Assembly (NCBI GenBank): GCA_964057225.1
Contig: OZ059900.1
Span: 12,958,001-13,022,000, forward strand
Direction: 5' to 3'
Length of the DNA stretch: 64,000 nt
Source of the DNA: Auanema rhodensis
Lineage: Eukaryota; Animalia; Nematoda
Positions 13,101-28,200 of the stretch are shown piece by piece (position 1 is the first letter of the stretch; each line of letters begins with the position of its first letter). The position numbers and the translations under genes are program-made. The notes below the pieces were generated by a model. That model was not told where the DNA came from and made no database searches. It saw only the letters and a list, made by a program, of their open reading frames with translations.

Positions 13101-16100
13101 ATACAAAGCTTTATCCGGTCAAACTATAATGTAAAAGACGCGTCATGTTCATAGTCAAATTTGTTTTGCTTTGGCATCTATAGTGTCATATAATCATACT
13201 AAGACAGACAGTTTTCAATATTGCACACTCATGGTGTGCTTTCCAAAATGTATTTCCAACTCAGAAGTTCTCTGGTTAGATTGAGATACTACCTCTAACT
13301 TGGGTAATTAAACCAAATCTATTCAGGAAACTTATGAACTGTTCTAGCCTATCGCCGTATATGTGATCAGTGTACAAAGCTATACAAAGCTTTATCCAGT
13401 CAAACTATAATGTAAAAGACGCGTCATGTTCATATTCAAATTTGTTTTGCTTTGGCATCTATAGTGTCATATAATCATACTAAGACAGACAGTTTTCAAT
13501 ATTGCACACTCATGGTGTGCTTTCCAAAATGTATTTCCAACTCAGAAGTTCTCTGTTTAGATTGAGGTACTACCTCTAACTTGGGTAATTAAACCAAATC
13601 TATTCAGGAAACTTATGAACTGTTCTAGCCTATCGCCGTATAAGTGATCAGTGTACAAAGCTATACAAAGCTTTATCCAGTCAAACTATAATGTAAAAGA
13701 CGCGTCATGTTCATATTCAAATTTGTTTTGCTTTGGCATCTATAGTGTCATATAATCATACTAAGACAGACAGTTTTCAATATTGCACACTCATGGTGTG
13801 CTTTCCAAAATGTATTTCCAACTCAGAAGTTCTCTGGTTAGATTGAGATACTACCTCTAACTTGGGTAATTAAACCAAATCTATTCAGGAAACTTATGAA
13901 CTGTTCTAGCCTATCGCCGTATAAGTGATCAGTGTACAAAGCTATACAAAGCTTTATCCAGTCAAACTATAATGTAAAAGACGCGTCATGTTCATATTCA
14001 AATTTGTTTTGCTTTGGCATCTATAGTGTCATATAATCATACTAAGACAGACAGTTTTCAATATTGCACACTCATGGTGTGCTTTCCAAAATGTATTTCC
14101 AACTCAGAAGTTCTCTGGTTAGATTGAGATACTACCTCTAACTTGGGTAATTAAACCAAATCTATTCAGGAAACTTATGAACTGTTCTAGCCTATCGCCG
14201 TATAAGTGATCAGTGTACAAAGCTATACCAAGCTTTATCCAATCAAACTATAATGTAAAAGACGCGTCATGTTCATATTCAAATTTGTTTTGCTTTGGCA
14301 TCTATAGTGTCATATAATCATACTAAGACAGACAGTTTTCAATATTGCACACTCATGGTGTGCTTTCCAAAATGTATTTCCAACTCAGAAGTTCTCTGGT
14401 TAGATTGAGATACTAACTCTAACTTGGGTAATTAAACCAAATCTATTCAGGAAACTTATGAACTGTTCTAGCCTATCGCCGTATATGTGATCAGTGTACA
14501 AAGCTATACAAAGCTTTATCCGGTCAAACTATAATGTAAAAGACGCGTCATGTTCATAGTCAAATTTGTTTTGCTTTGGCATCTATAGTGTCATATAATC
14601 ATACTAAGACAGACAGTTTTCAATATTGCACACTCATGGTGTGCTTTCCAAAATGTATTTCCAACTCAGAAGTTCTCTGGTTAGATTGAGATACTACCTC
14701 TAACTTGGGTAATTAAACGAAATGTATTCAGGAAACTTATGAACTGTTCTAGCCTATCGCCGTATAAGTGATCAGTGTACAAAGCTATACAAAGCTTTAT
14801 CCAGTCAAACTATAATGTAAAAGACGCGTCATGTTCATATTCAAATTTGTTTTGCTTTGGCATCTATAGTGTCATATAATCATACTAAGACAGACAGTTT
14901 TCAATATTGCACACTCATGGTGTGCTTTCCAAAATGTATTTCCAACTCAGCAGTTCTGTGGTTAGATTGAGGTACTACCTCTAACTTGGGTAATTAAACC
15001 AAATCTATTCAGGAAACTTATGAACTGTTCTAGCCTATCGCCGTATAAGTGATCAGTGTACAAAGCTATACAAAGCTTTATCCAGTCAAACTATAATGTA
15101 AAAGACGCGTCATGTTCATATTCAAATTTGTTTTGCTTTGGCATCTATAGTGTCATATAATCATACTAAGACAGACAGTTTTCAATATTGCACACTCATG
15201 GTGTGCTTTCCAAAATGTATTTCCAACTCAGAAGTTCTCTGGTTAGATTGAGATACTACCTCTAACTTGGGTAATTAAACCAAATCTATTCAGGAAACTT
15301 ATGAACTGTTCTAGCCTATCGCCGTATAAGTGATCAGTGTACAAAGCTATACAAAGCTTTATCCAGTCAAACTATAATGTAAAAGACGCGTCATGTTCAT
15401 ATTCAAATTTGTTTTGCTTTGGCATCTATAGGGTCATATAATCATACTAAGACAGGCAGTTTTCAATATTGCACACTCATGGTGTGCTTTCCAAAATGTA
15501 TTTCCAACTCAGAAGTTCTCTGGTTAGATTGAGATACTACCTCTAACTTGGGTAATTAAACCAAATCTATTCAGGAAACTTATGAACTGTTCTAGCCTAT
15601 CGCCGTATAAGTGATCAGTGTACAAAGCTATACAAAGCTTTATCCAGTCAAACTATAATGTAAAAGACGCGTCATGTTCATATTCAAATTTGTTTTGCTT
15701 TGGCATCTATAGTGTCATATAATCATACTAAGACAGACAGTTTTCAATATTGCACACTCATGGTGTGCTTTCCAAAATGTATTTCCAACTCAGAAGTTCT
15801 CTGGTTAGATTGAGATACTACCTCTAACTTGGGTAATTAAACCAAATCTATTCAGGAAACTTATGAACTGTTCTAGCCTATCGCCGTATAAGTGATCAGT
15901 GTACAAAGCTATACAAAGCTTTATCCAGTCAAACTATAATGTAAAAGACGCGTCATGTTCATATTCAAATTTGTTTTGCTTTGGCATCTATAGTGTCATA
16001 TAATCATACTAAGACAGACAGTTTTCAATATTGCACACTCATGGTGTGCTTTCCAAAATGTATTTCCAACTCAGAAGTTCTCTGGTTAGATTGAGATACT

Positions 16101-16280
16101 ACCTCTAACTTGGGTAATTAAACCAAATCTATTCAGGAAACTTATGAACTGTTCTAGCCTATCGCCGTATAAGTGATCAGTGTACAAAGCTATACAAAGC
16201 TTTATCCAGTCAAACTATAATGTAAAAGACGCGTCATGTTCATATTCAAATTTGTTTTGCTTTGGCATCTATAGTGTCAT
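10117..16280 (+). repeat. Block duplication with 13-monomer (3653 bp) offset: ~10117-12627 repeated at ~13770-16280
   Basis: Rare variants at 10576, 10763, 11066, 11298 and 11779 recur at 14229, 14416, 14719, 14951 and 15432. Confidence 0.9.
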
Positions 16281-19200
16281 ATAATCATACTAAGACAGAC
16301 AGTTTTCAATATTGCACACTCATGGTGTGCTTTCCAAAATGTATTTCCAACTCAGAAGTTCTCTGGTTAGATTGAGATACTACCTCTAACTTGGGTAATT
16401 AAACCAAATCTATTCAGGAAACTTATGAACTGTTGTAGCCTATCGCCGTATAAGTGATCAGTGTACAAAGCTATACAAAGCTTTATCCAGTCAAACTATA
16501 ATGTAAAAGACGCGTCATGTTCATATTCAAATTTGTTTTGCTTTGGCATCTATAGTGTCATATAATCATACTAAGACAGACAGTTTTCAATATTGCACAC
16601 TCATGGTGTGCTTTCCAAAATGTATTTCCAACTCAGAAGTTCTCTGGTTAGATTGAGATACTACCTCTAACTTGGGTAATTAAACCAAATCTATTCAGGA
16701 AACTTATGAACTGTTCTAGCCTATCGCCGTATATGTGATCAGTGTACAAAGCTATACAATGCTTTATCCAGTCAAACTATAATGTAAAAGACGCGTCATG
16801 TTCATATTCAAATTTGTTTTGCTTTGGCATCTATAGTGTCATATAATCATACTAAGACAGACAGTTTTCAATATTGCACACTCATGGTGTGCTTTCCAAA
16901 ATGTATTTCCAACTCAGAAGTTCTCTGGTTAGATTGAGATACTACCTCTAACTTGGGTAATTAAACCAAATCTATTCAGGAAACTTATGAACTGTTCTAG
17001 CCTATCGCCGTATAAGTGATCAGTGTACAAAGCTATACAAAGCTTTATCCAGTCAAACTATAATGTAAAAGACGCGTCATGTTCATATTCAAATTTGTTT
17101 TGCTTTGGCATCTCTAGTGTCATATAATCATACTAAGACAGACAGTTTTCAATATTGCACACTCATGGTGTGCTTTCCAAAATGTATTTACAACTCAGAA
17201 GTTCTCTGGTTAGATTGAGATACTACCTCTAACTTGGGTAATTAAACCAAATCTATTCAGGAAACTTATGAACTGTTCTAGCCTATCGCCGTATAAGTGA
17301 TCAGTGTACAAAGCTATACAAAGCTTTATCCAGTCAAACTATAATGTAAAAGACGCGTCATGTTCATATTCAAATTTGTTTTGCTTTGGCATCTATAGTG
17401 TCATATAATCATACTAAGACAGACAGTTTTCAATATTGCACACTCATGGTGTGCTTTCCAAAATGTATTTCCAACTCAGAAGTTCTCTGGTTAGATTGAG
17501 ATACTACCTCTAACTTGGGTAATTAAACCAAATCTATTCAGGAAACTTATGAACTGTTCTAGCCTATCGCCGTATATGTGATCAGTGTACAAAGCTATAC
17601 AAAGCTTTATCCGGTCAAACTATAATGTAAAAGACGCGTCATGTTCATATTCAAATTTGTTTTGCTTTGGCATCTATAGTGTCATATAATCATACTAAGA
17701 CAGGCAGTTTTCAATATTGCACACTCATGGTGTGCTTTCCAAAATGTATTTCCAACTCAGAAGTTCTCTGGTTAGATTGAGATACTACCTCTAACTTGGG
17801 TAATTAAACCAAATCTATTCAGGAAACTTATGAACTGTTCTAGCCTATCGCCGTATATGTGATCAGTGTACAAAGCTATACAAAGCTTTATCCGGTCAAA
17901 CTATAATGTAAAAGACGCGCCATGTTCATATTCAAATTTGTTTTGCTTTGGCATCTATAGTGTCATATAATCATACTAAGACAGACAGTTTTCAATATTG
18001 CACACTCATGGTGTGCTTTCCAAAATGTATTTCCAACTCAGAAGTTCTCTGGTTAGATTGAGATACTACCTCTAACTTGGGTAATTAAACCAAATCTATT
18101 CAGGAAACTTATGAACTGTTCTAGCCTATCGCCGTATAAGTGATCAGTGTACAAAGCTATACAAAGCTTTATCCAGTCAAACTATAATGTAAAAGACGCG
18201 TCATGTTCATATTCAAATTTGTTTTGCTTTGGCATCTATAGTGTCATATAATCATACTAAGACAGACAGTTTTCAATATTGCACACTCATGGTGTGCTTT
18301 CCAAAATGTATTTACAACTCAGAAGTTCTCTGGTTAGATTGAGATACTACCTCTAACTTGGGTAATTAAACCAAATCTATTCAGGAAACTTATGAACTGT
18401 TCTAGCCTATCGCCGTATATGTGATCAGTGTACAAAGCTATACAAAGCTTTATCCAGTCAAACTATAATGTAAAAGACGCGTCATGTTCATATTCAAATT
18501 TGTTTTGCTTTGGCATCTATAGTGTCATATAATCATACTAAGACAGACAGTTTTCAATATTGCACACTCATGGTGTGCTTTCCAAAATGTATTTACAACT
18601 CAGAAGTTCTCTGGTTAGATTGAGATACTACCTCTAACTTGGGTAATTAAACCAAATCTATTCAGGAAACTTATGAACTGTTCTAGCCTATCGCCGTATA
18701 TGTGATCAGTGTACAAAGCTATACAAAGCTTTATCCAGTCAAACTATAATGTAAAAGACGCGTCATGTTCATATTCAAATTTGTTTTGCTTTGGCATCTA
18801 TAGTGTCATATAATCATACTAAGACAGACAGTTTTCAATATTGCACACTCATGGTGTGCTTTCCAAAATGTATTTACAACTCAGAAGTTCTCTGGTTAGA
18901 TTGAGATACTACCTCTAACTTGGGTAATTAAACCAAATCTATTCAGGAAACTTATGAACTGTTCTAGCCTATCGCCGTATATGTGATCAGTGTACAAAGC
19001 TATACAAAGCTTTATCCAGTCAAACTATAATGTAAAAGACGCGTCATGTTCATATTCAAATTTGTTTTGCTTTGGCATCTATAGTGTCATATAATCATAC
19101 TAAGACAGACAGTTTTCAATATTGCACACTCATGGTGTGCTTTCCAAAATGTATTTCCAACTCAGAAGTTCTCTGGTTAGATTGAGATACTACCTCTAAC

Positions 19201-22200
19201 TTGGGTAATTAAACCAAATCTATTCAGGAAACTTATGAACTGTTCTAGCCTATCGCCGTATATGTGATCAGTGTACAAAGCTATACAAAGCTTTATCCGG
19301 TCAAACTATAATGTAAAAGACGCGTCATGTTCATATTCAAATTTGTTTTGCTTTGGCATCTATAGTGTCATATAATCATACTAAGACAGACAGTTTTCAA
19401 TATTGCACACTCATGGTGTGCTTTCCAAAATGTATTTCCAACTCAGAAGTTCTCTGGTTAGATTGAGATACTACCTCTAACTTGGGTAATTAAACCAAAT
19501 CTATTCAGGAAACTTATGAACTGTTCTAGCCTATCGCCGTATAAGTGATCAGTGTACAAAGCTATACAAAGCTTTATCCGGTCAAACTATAATGTAAAAG
19601 ACGCGTCATGTTCATATTCAAATTTGTTTTGCTTTGGCATCTATAGTGTCATATAATCATACTAAGACAGACAGTTTTCAATATTGCACACTCATGGTGT
19701 GCTTTCCAAAATGTATTTCCAACTCAGAAGTTCTCTGGTTAGATTGAGATACTACCTCTAACTTGGGTAATTAAACCAAATCTATTCAGGAAACTTATGA
19801 ACTGTTCTAGCCTATCGCCGTATATGTGATCAGTGTACAAAGCTATACAAAGCTATACAAAGCTTTATCCGGTCAAACTATAATGTAAAAGACGCGTCAT
19901 GTTCATATTCAAATTTGTTTTGCTTTGGCATCTATAGTGTCATATAATCATACTAAGACAGGCAGTTTTCAATATTGCACACTCATGGTGTGCTTTCCAA
20001 AATGTATTTCCAACTCAGAAGTTCTCTGGTTAGATTGAGATACTACCTCTAACTTGGGTAATTAAACCAAATCTATTCAGAAAACTTATGAACTGTTCTA
20101 GCCTATCGCCGTATATGTGATCAGTGTACAAAGCTATACAAAGCTATACAAAGCTTTATCCAGTCAAACTATAATGTAAAAGACGCGTCATGTTCATATT
20201 CAAATTTGTTTTGCTTTGGCATCTATAGTGTCATATAATCATACTAAGACAGACAGTTTTCAATATTGCACACTCATGGTGTGCTTTCCAAAATGTATTT
20301 CCAACTCAGAAGTTCTCTGGTTAGATTGAGATACTACCTCTAACTTGGGTAATTAAACCAAATCTATTCAGGAAACTTATGAACTGTTCTAGCCTATCGC
20401 CGTATATGTGATCAGTGTACAAAGCTATACAAAGATTTATCCGGTCAAACTATAATGTAAAAGACGCGTCATGTTCATATTCAAATTTGTTTTGCTTTGG
20501 CATCTATAGTGTCATATAATCATACTAAGACAGGCAGTTTTCAATATTGCACACTCATGGTGTGCTTTCCAAAATGTATTTCCAACTCAGAAGTTCTCTG
20601 GTTAGATTGAGATACTACCTCTAACTTGGGTAATTAAACCAAATCTATTCAGAAAACTTATGAACTGTTCTAGCCTATCGCCGTATATGTGATCAGTGTA
20701 CAAAGCTATACAAAGCTATACAAAGCTTTATCCAGTCAAACTATAATGTAAAAGACGCGTCATGTTCATATTCAAATTTGTTTTGCTTTGGCATCTATAG
20801 TGTCATATAATCATACTAAGACAGACAGTTTTCAATATTGCACACTCATGGTGTGCTTTCCAAAATGTATTTCCAACTCAGAAGTTCTCTGGTTAGATTG
20901 AGATACTACCTCTAACTTGGGTAATTAAACCAAATCTATTCAGGAAACTTATGAACTGTTCTAGCCTATCGCCGTATATGTGATCAGTGTACAAAGCTAT
21001 ACAAAGATTTATCCGGTCAAACTATAATGTAAAAGACGCGTCATGTTCATATTCAAATTTGTTTTGCTTTGGCATCTATAGTGTCATATAATCATACTAT
21101 GACAGGCAGTTTTCAATATTGCACACTCATGGTGTGCTTTCCAAAATGTATTTCCAACTCAGAAGTTCTCTGGTTAGATTGAGATACTACCTCTAACTTG
21201 GGTAATTAAACCAAATCTATTCAGGAAACTTATGAACTGTTCTAGCCTATCGCCGTATATGTGATCAGTGTACAAAGCTATACAAAGCTTTATCCGGTCA
21301 AACTATAATGTAAAAGACGCGTCATGTTCATATTCAAATTTGTTTTGCTTTGGCATCTATAGTGTCATATAATCATACTAAGACAGACAGTTTTCAATAT
21401 TGCACACTCATGGTGTGCTTTCCAAAATGTATTTCCAACTCAGAAGTTCTCTGGTTAGATTGAGATACTACCTCTAACTTGGGTAATTAAACCAAATCTA
21501 TTCAGGAAACTTATGAACTGTTCTAGCCTATCGCCGTATATGTGATCAGTGTACAAAGCTATACAAAGCTTTATCCGGTCAAACTATAATGTAAAAGACG
21601 CGTCATGTTCATATTCAAATTTGTTTTGCTTTGGCATCTATAGTGTCATATAATCATACTAAGACAGGCAGTTTTCAATATTGCACACTCATGGTGTGCT
21701 TTCCAAAATGTATTTCCAACTCAGAAGTTCTCTGGTTAGATTGAGATACTACCTCTAACTTGGGTAATTAAACCAAATCTATTCAGGAAACTTATGAACT
21801 GTTCTAGCCTATCGCCGTATAAGTGATCAGTGTACAAAGCTATACAAAGCTTTATCCGGTCAAACTATAATGTAAAAGACGCGCCATGTTCATATTCAAA
21901 TTTGTTTTGCTTTGGCATCTATAATGTCATATAATCATACTAAGACAGACAGTTTTCAATATTGCACACTCATGGTGTGCTTTCCAAAATGTATTTCCAA
22001 CTCAGAAGTTCTCTGGTTAGATTGAGATACTACCTCTAACTTGGGTAATTAAACCAAATCTATTCAGGAAACTTATGAACTGTTCTAGCCTATCGCCGTA
22101 TAAGTGATCAGTGTACAAAGCTATACAAAGCTTTATCCGGTCAAACTATAATGTAAAAGACGCGTCATGTTCATATTCAAATTTGTTTTGCTTTGGCATC

Positions 22201-25200
22201 TATAGTGTCATATAATCATACTAAGACAGACAGTTTTCAATATTGCACACTCATGGTGTGCTTTCCAAAATGTATTTCCAACTCAGAAGTTCTCTGGTTA
22301 GATTGAGATACTACCTCTAACTTGGGTAATTAAACCAAATCTATTCAGGAAACTTATGAACTGTTCTAGCCTATCGCCGTATATGTGATCAGTGTACAAA
22401 GCTATACAAAGCTATACAAAGCTTTATCCGGTCAAACTATAATGTAAAAGACGCGTCATGTTCATATTCAAATTTGTTTTGCTTTGGCATCTATAGTGTC
22501 ATATAATCATACTAAGACAGGCAGTTTTCAATATTGCACACTCATGGTGTGCTTTCCAAAATGTATTTCCAACTCAGAAGTTCTCTGGTTAGATTGAGAT
22601 ACTACCTCTAACTTGGGTAATTAAACCAAATCTATTCAGAAAACTTATGAACTGTTCTAGCCTATCGCCGTATATGTGATCAGTGTACAAAGCTATACAA
22701 AGGTATACAAAGCTTTATCCAGTCAAACTATAATGTAAAAGACGCGTCATGTTCATATTCAAATTTGTTTTGCTTTGGCATCTATAGTGTCATATAATCA
22801 TACTAAGACAGACAGTTTTCAATATTGCACACTCATGGTGTGCTTTCCAAAATGTATTTCCAACTCAGAAGTTCTCTGGTTAGATTGAGGTACTACCTCT
22901 AACTTGGGTAATTAAACCAAATCTATTCAGGAAACTTATGAACTGTTCTAGCCTATCGCCGTATAAGTGATCAGTGTACAAAGCTATACAAAGCTTTATC
23001 CAGTCAAACTATAATGTAAAAGACGCGTCATGTTCATATTCAAATTTGTTTTGCTTTGCCATCTATAGTGTCATATAATCATACTAAGACAGACAGTTTT
23101 CAATATTGCACACTCATGGTGTGCTTTCCAAAATGTATTTCCAACTCAGAAGTTCTCTGGTTAGATTGAGATACTACCTCTAACTTGGGTAATTAAACCA
23201 AATCTATTCAGGAAACTTATGAACTGTTCTAGCCTATCGCCGTATAAGTGATCAGTGTACAAAGCTATACAAAGCTTTATCCAGTCAAACTATAATGTAA
23301 AAGACGCGTCATGTTCATATTCAAATTTGTTTTGCTTTGGCATCTATAGTGTCATATAATCATACTAAGACAGACAGTTTTCAATATTGCACACTCATGG
23401 TGTGCTTTCCAAAATGTATTTCCAACTCAGAAGTTCTCTGGTTAGATTGAGATACTACCTCTAACTTGGGTAATTAAACCAAATCTATTCAGGAAACTTA
23501 TGAACTGTTCTAGCCTATCGCCGTATAAGTGATCAGTGTACAAAGCTATACAAAGCTTTATCCAGTCAAACTATAATGTAAAAGACGCGTCATGTTCATA
23601 TTCAAATTTGTTTTGCTTTGGCATCTATAGTGTCATATAATCATACTAAGACAGACAGTTTTCAATATTGCACACTCATGGTGTGCTTTCCAAAATGTAT
23701 TTCCAACTCAGAAGTTCTCTGGTTAGATTGAGATACTACCTCTAACTTGGGTAATTAAACCAAATCTATTCAGGAAACTTATGAACTGTTCTAGCCTATC
23801 GCCGTATATGTGATCAGTGTACAAAGCTATACAAAGCTTTATCCAGTCAAACTATAATGTAAAAGACGCGTCATGTTCATATTCAAATTTGTTTTGCTTT
23901 GGCATCTATAGTGTCATATAATCATACTAAGACAGACAGTTTTCAATATTGCACACTCATGGTGTGCAATCCAAAATGTATTTCCAACTCAGAAGTTCTC
24001 TGGTTAGAATGAGATACTACCTCTAACTTGGGTAATTAAACCAAATCTATTCAGGAAACTTATGAACTGTTCTAGCCTATCGCCGTATAAGTGATCAGTG
24101 TACAAAGCTATACAAAGCTTTATCCAGTCAAACTATAATGTAAAAGACGCGTCATGTTCATATTCAAATTTGTTTTGCTTTGGCATCTATAGTGTCATAT
24201 AATCATACTAAGACAGACAGTTTTCAATATTGCACACTCATGGTGTGCTTTCCAAAATGTATTTCCAACTCAGAAGTTCTCTGGTTAGATTGAGATACTA
24301 CCTCTAACTTGGGTAATTAAACCAAATCTATTCAGGAAACTTATGAACTGTTCTAGCCTATCGCCGTATAAGTGATCAGTGTACAAAGCTATACAAAGCT
24401 TTATCCAGTCAAACTATAATGTAAAAGACGCGTCATGTTCATATTCAAATTTGTTTTGCTTTGGCATCTATAGTGTCATATAATCATACTAAGACAGACA
24501 GTTTTCAATATTGCACACTCATGGTGTGCAATCCAAAATGTATTTCCAACTCAGAAGTTCTCTGGTTAGATTGAGATACTACCTCTAACTTGGGTAATTA
24601 AACCAAATCTATTCAGGAAACTTATGAACTGTTCTAGCCTATCGCCGTATAAGTGATCAGTGTACAAAGCTATACAAAGCTTTATCCAGTCAAACTATAA
24701 TGTAAAAGACGCGTCATGTTCATATTCAAATTTGTTTTGCTTTGGCATCTATAGTGTCATATAATCATACTAAGACAGACAGTTTTCAATATTGCACACT
24801 CATGGTGTGCTTTCCAAAATGTATTTCCAACTCAGAAGTTCTCTGGTTAGATTGAGATACTACCTCTAACTTGGGTAATTAAACCAAATCTATTCAGGAA
24901 ACTTATGAACTGTTCTAGCCTATCGCCGTATAAGTGATCAGTGTACAAAGCTATACAAAGCTTTATCCAGTCAAACTATAATGTAAAAGACGCGTCATGT
25001 TCATATTCAAATTTGTTTTGCTTTGGCATCTATAGTGTCATATAATCATACTAAGACAGACAGTTTTCAATATTGCACACTCATGGTGTGCTTTCCAAAA
25101 TGTATTTCCAACTCAGAAGTTCTCTGGTTAGAATGAGATACTACCTCTAACTTGGGTAATTAAACCAAATCTATTCAGGAAACTTATGAACTGTTCTAGC

Positions 25201-28200
25201 CTATCGCCGTATAAGTGATCAGTGTACAAAGCTATACAAAGCTTTATCCAGTCAAACTATAATGTAAAAGACGCGTCATGTTCATATTCAAATTTGTTTT
25301 GCTTTGGCATCTATAGTGTCATATAATCATACTAAGACAGACAGTTTTCAATATTGCACACTCATGGTGTGCTTTCCAAAATGTATTTCCAACTCAGAAG
25401 TTCTCTGGTTAGAATGAGATACTACCTCTAACTTGGGTAATTAAACCAAATCTATTCAGGAAACTTATGAACTGTTGTAGCCTATCGCCGTATAAGTGAT
25501 CAGTGTACAAAGCTATACAAAGCTTTATCCAGTCAAACTATAATGTAAAAGACGCGTCATGTTCATATTCAAATTTGTTTTGCTTTGGCATCTATAGTGT
25601 CATATAATCATACTAAGACAGACAGTTTTCAATATTGCACACTCATGGTGTGCTTTCCAAAATGTATTTCCAACTCAGAAGTTCTCTGGTTAGATTGAGA
25701 TACTACCTCTAACTTGGGTAATTAAACCAAATCTATTCAGGAAACTTATGAACTGTTCCAGCCTATCGCCGTATATGTGATCAGTGTACAAAGCTATACA
25801 AAGCTTTATCCAGTCAAACTATAATGTAAAAGACGCGTCATGTTCATATTCAAATTTGTTTTGCTTTGGCATCTATAGTGTCATATAATCATACTAAGAC
25901 AGACAGTTTTCAATATTGCACACTCATGGTGTGCTTTCCAAAATGTATTTCCAACTCAGAAGTTCTCTGGTTAGATTGAGGTACTACCTCTAACTTGGGT
26001 AATTAAACCAAATCTATTCAGGAAACTTATGAACTGTTCTAGCCTATCGCCGTATAAGTGATCAGTGTACAAAGCTATACAAAGCTTTATCCAGTCAAAC
26101 TATAATGTAAAAGACGCGTCATGTTCATATTCAAATTTGTTTTGCTTTGCCATCTATAGTGTCATATAATCATACTAAGACAGACAGTTTTCAATATTGC
26201 ACACTCATGGTGTGCTTTCCAAAATGTATTTCCAACTCAGAAGTTCTCTGGTTAGATTGAGATACTACCTCTAACTTGGGTAATTAAACCAAATCTATTC
26301 AGGAAACTTATGAACTGTTCTAGCCTATCGCCGTATAAGTGATCAGTGTACAAAGCTATACAAAGCTTTATCCAGTCAAACTATAATGTAAAAGACGCGT
26401 CATGTTCATATTCAAATTTGTTTTGCTTTGGCATCTATAGTGTCATATAATCATACTAAGACAGACAGTTTTCAATATTGCACACTCATGGTGTGCAATC
26501 CAAAATGTATTTCCAACTCAGAAGTTCTCTGGTTAGATTGAGATACTACCTCTAACTTGGGTAATTAAACCAAATCTATTCAGGAAACTTATGAACTGTT
26601 CTAGCCTATCGCCGTATAAGTGATCAGTGTACAAAGCTATACAAAGCTTTATCCAGTCAAACTATAATGTAAAAGACGCGTCATGTTCATATTCAAATTT
26701 GTTTTGCTTTGGCATCTATAGTGTCATATAATCATACTAAGACAGACAGTTTTCAATATTGCACACTCATGGTGTGCTTTCCAAAATGTATTTCCAACTC
26801 AGAAGTTCTCTGGTTAGATTGAGATACTACCTCTAACTTGGGTAATTCAACCAAATCTATTCAGGAAACTTATGAACTGTTCTAGCCTATCGCCGTATAA
26901 GTGATCAGTGTACAAAGCTATACAAAGCTTTATCCAGTCAAACTATAATGTAAAAGACGCGTCATGTTCATATTCAAATTTGTTTTGCTTTGGCATCTAT
27001 AGTGTCATATAATCATACTAAGACAGACAGTTTTCAATATTGCACACTCATGGTGTGCTTTCCAAAATGTATTTCCAACTCAGAAGTTCTCTGGTTAGAA
27101 TGAGATACTACCTCTAACTTGGGTAATTAAACCAAATCTATTCAGGAAACTTATGAACTGTTGTAGCCTATCGCCGTATAAGTGATCAGTGTACAAAGCT
27201 ATACAAAGCTTTATCCAGTCAAACTATAATGTAAAAGACGCGTCATGTTCATATTCAAATTTGTTTTGCTTTGGCATCTATAGTGTCATATAATCATACT
27301 AAGACAGACAGTTTTCAATATTGCACACTCATGGTGTGCTTTCCAAAATGTATTTCCAACTCAGAAGTTCTCTGGTTAGATTGAGGTACTACCTCTAACT
27401 TGGGTAATTAAACCAAATCTATTCAGGAAACTTATGAACTGTTCTAGCCTATCGCCGTATAAGTGATCAGTGTACAAAGCTATACAAAGCTTTATCCAGT
27501 CAAACTATAATGTAAAAGACGCGTCATGTTCATATTCAAATTTGTTTTGCTTTGCCATCTATAGTGTCATATAATCATACTAAGACAGACAGTTTTCAAT
27601 ATTGCACACTCATGGTGTGCTTTCCAAAATGTATTTCCAACTCAGAAGTTCTCTGGTTAGATTGAGATACTACCTCTAACTTGGGTAATTAAACCAAATC
27701 TATTCAGGAAACTTATGAACTGTTCTAGCCTATCGCCGTATAAGTGATCAGTGTACAAAGCTATACAAAGCTTTATCCAGTCAAACTATAATGTAAAAGA
27801 CGCGTCATGTTCATATTCAAATTTGTTTTGCTTTGGCATCTATAGTGTCATATAATCATACTAAGACAGACAGTTTTCAATATTGCACACTCATGGTGTG
27901 CAATCCAAAATGTATTTCCAACTCAGAAGTTCTCTGGTTAGATTGAGATACTACCTCTAACTTGGGTAATTAAACCAAATCTATTCAGGAAACTTATGAA
28001 CTGTTCTAGCCTATCGCCGTATAAGTGATCAGTGTACAAAGCTATACAAAGCTTTATCCAGTCAAACTATAATGTAAAAGACGCGTCATGTTCATATTCA
28101 AATTTGTTTTGCTTTGGCATCTATAGTGTCATATAATCATACTAAGACAGACAGTTTTCAATATTGCACACTCATGGTGTGCTTTCCAAAATGTATTTCC

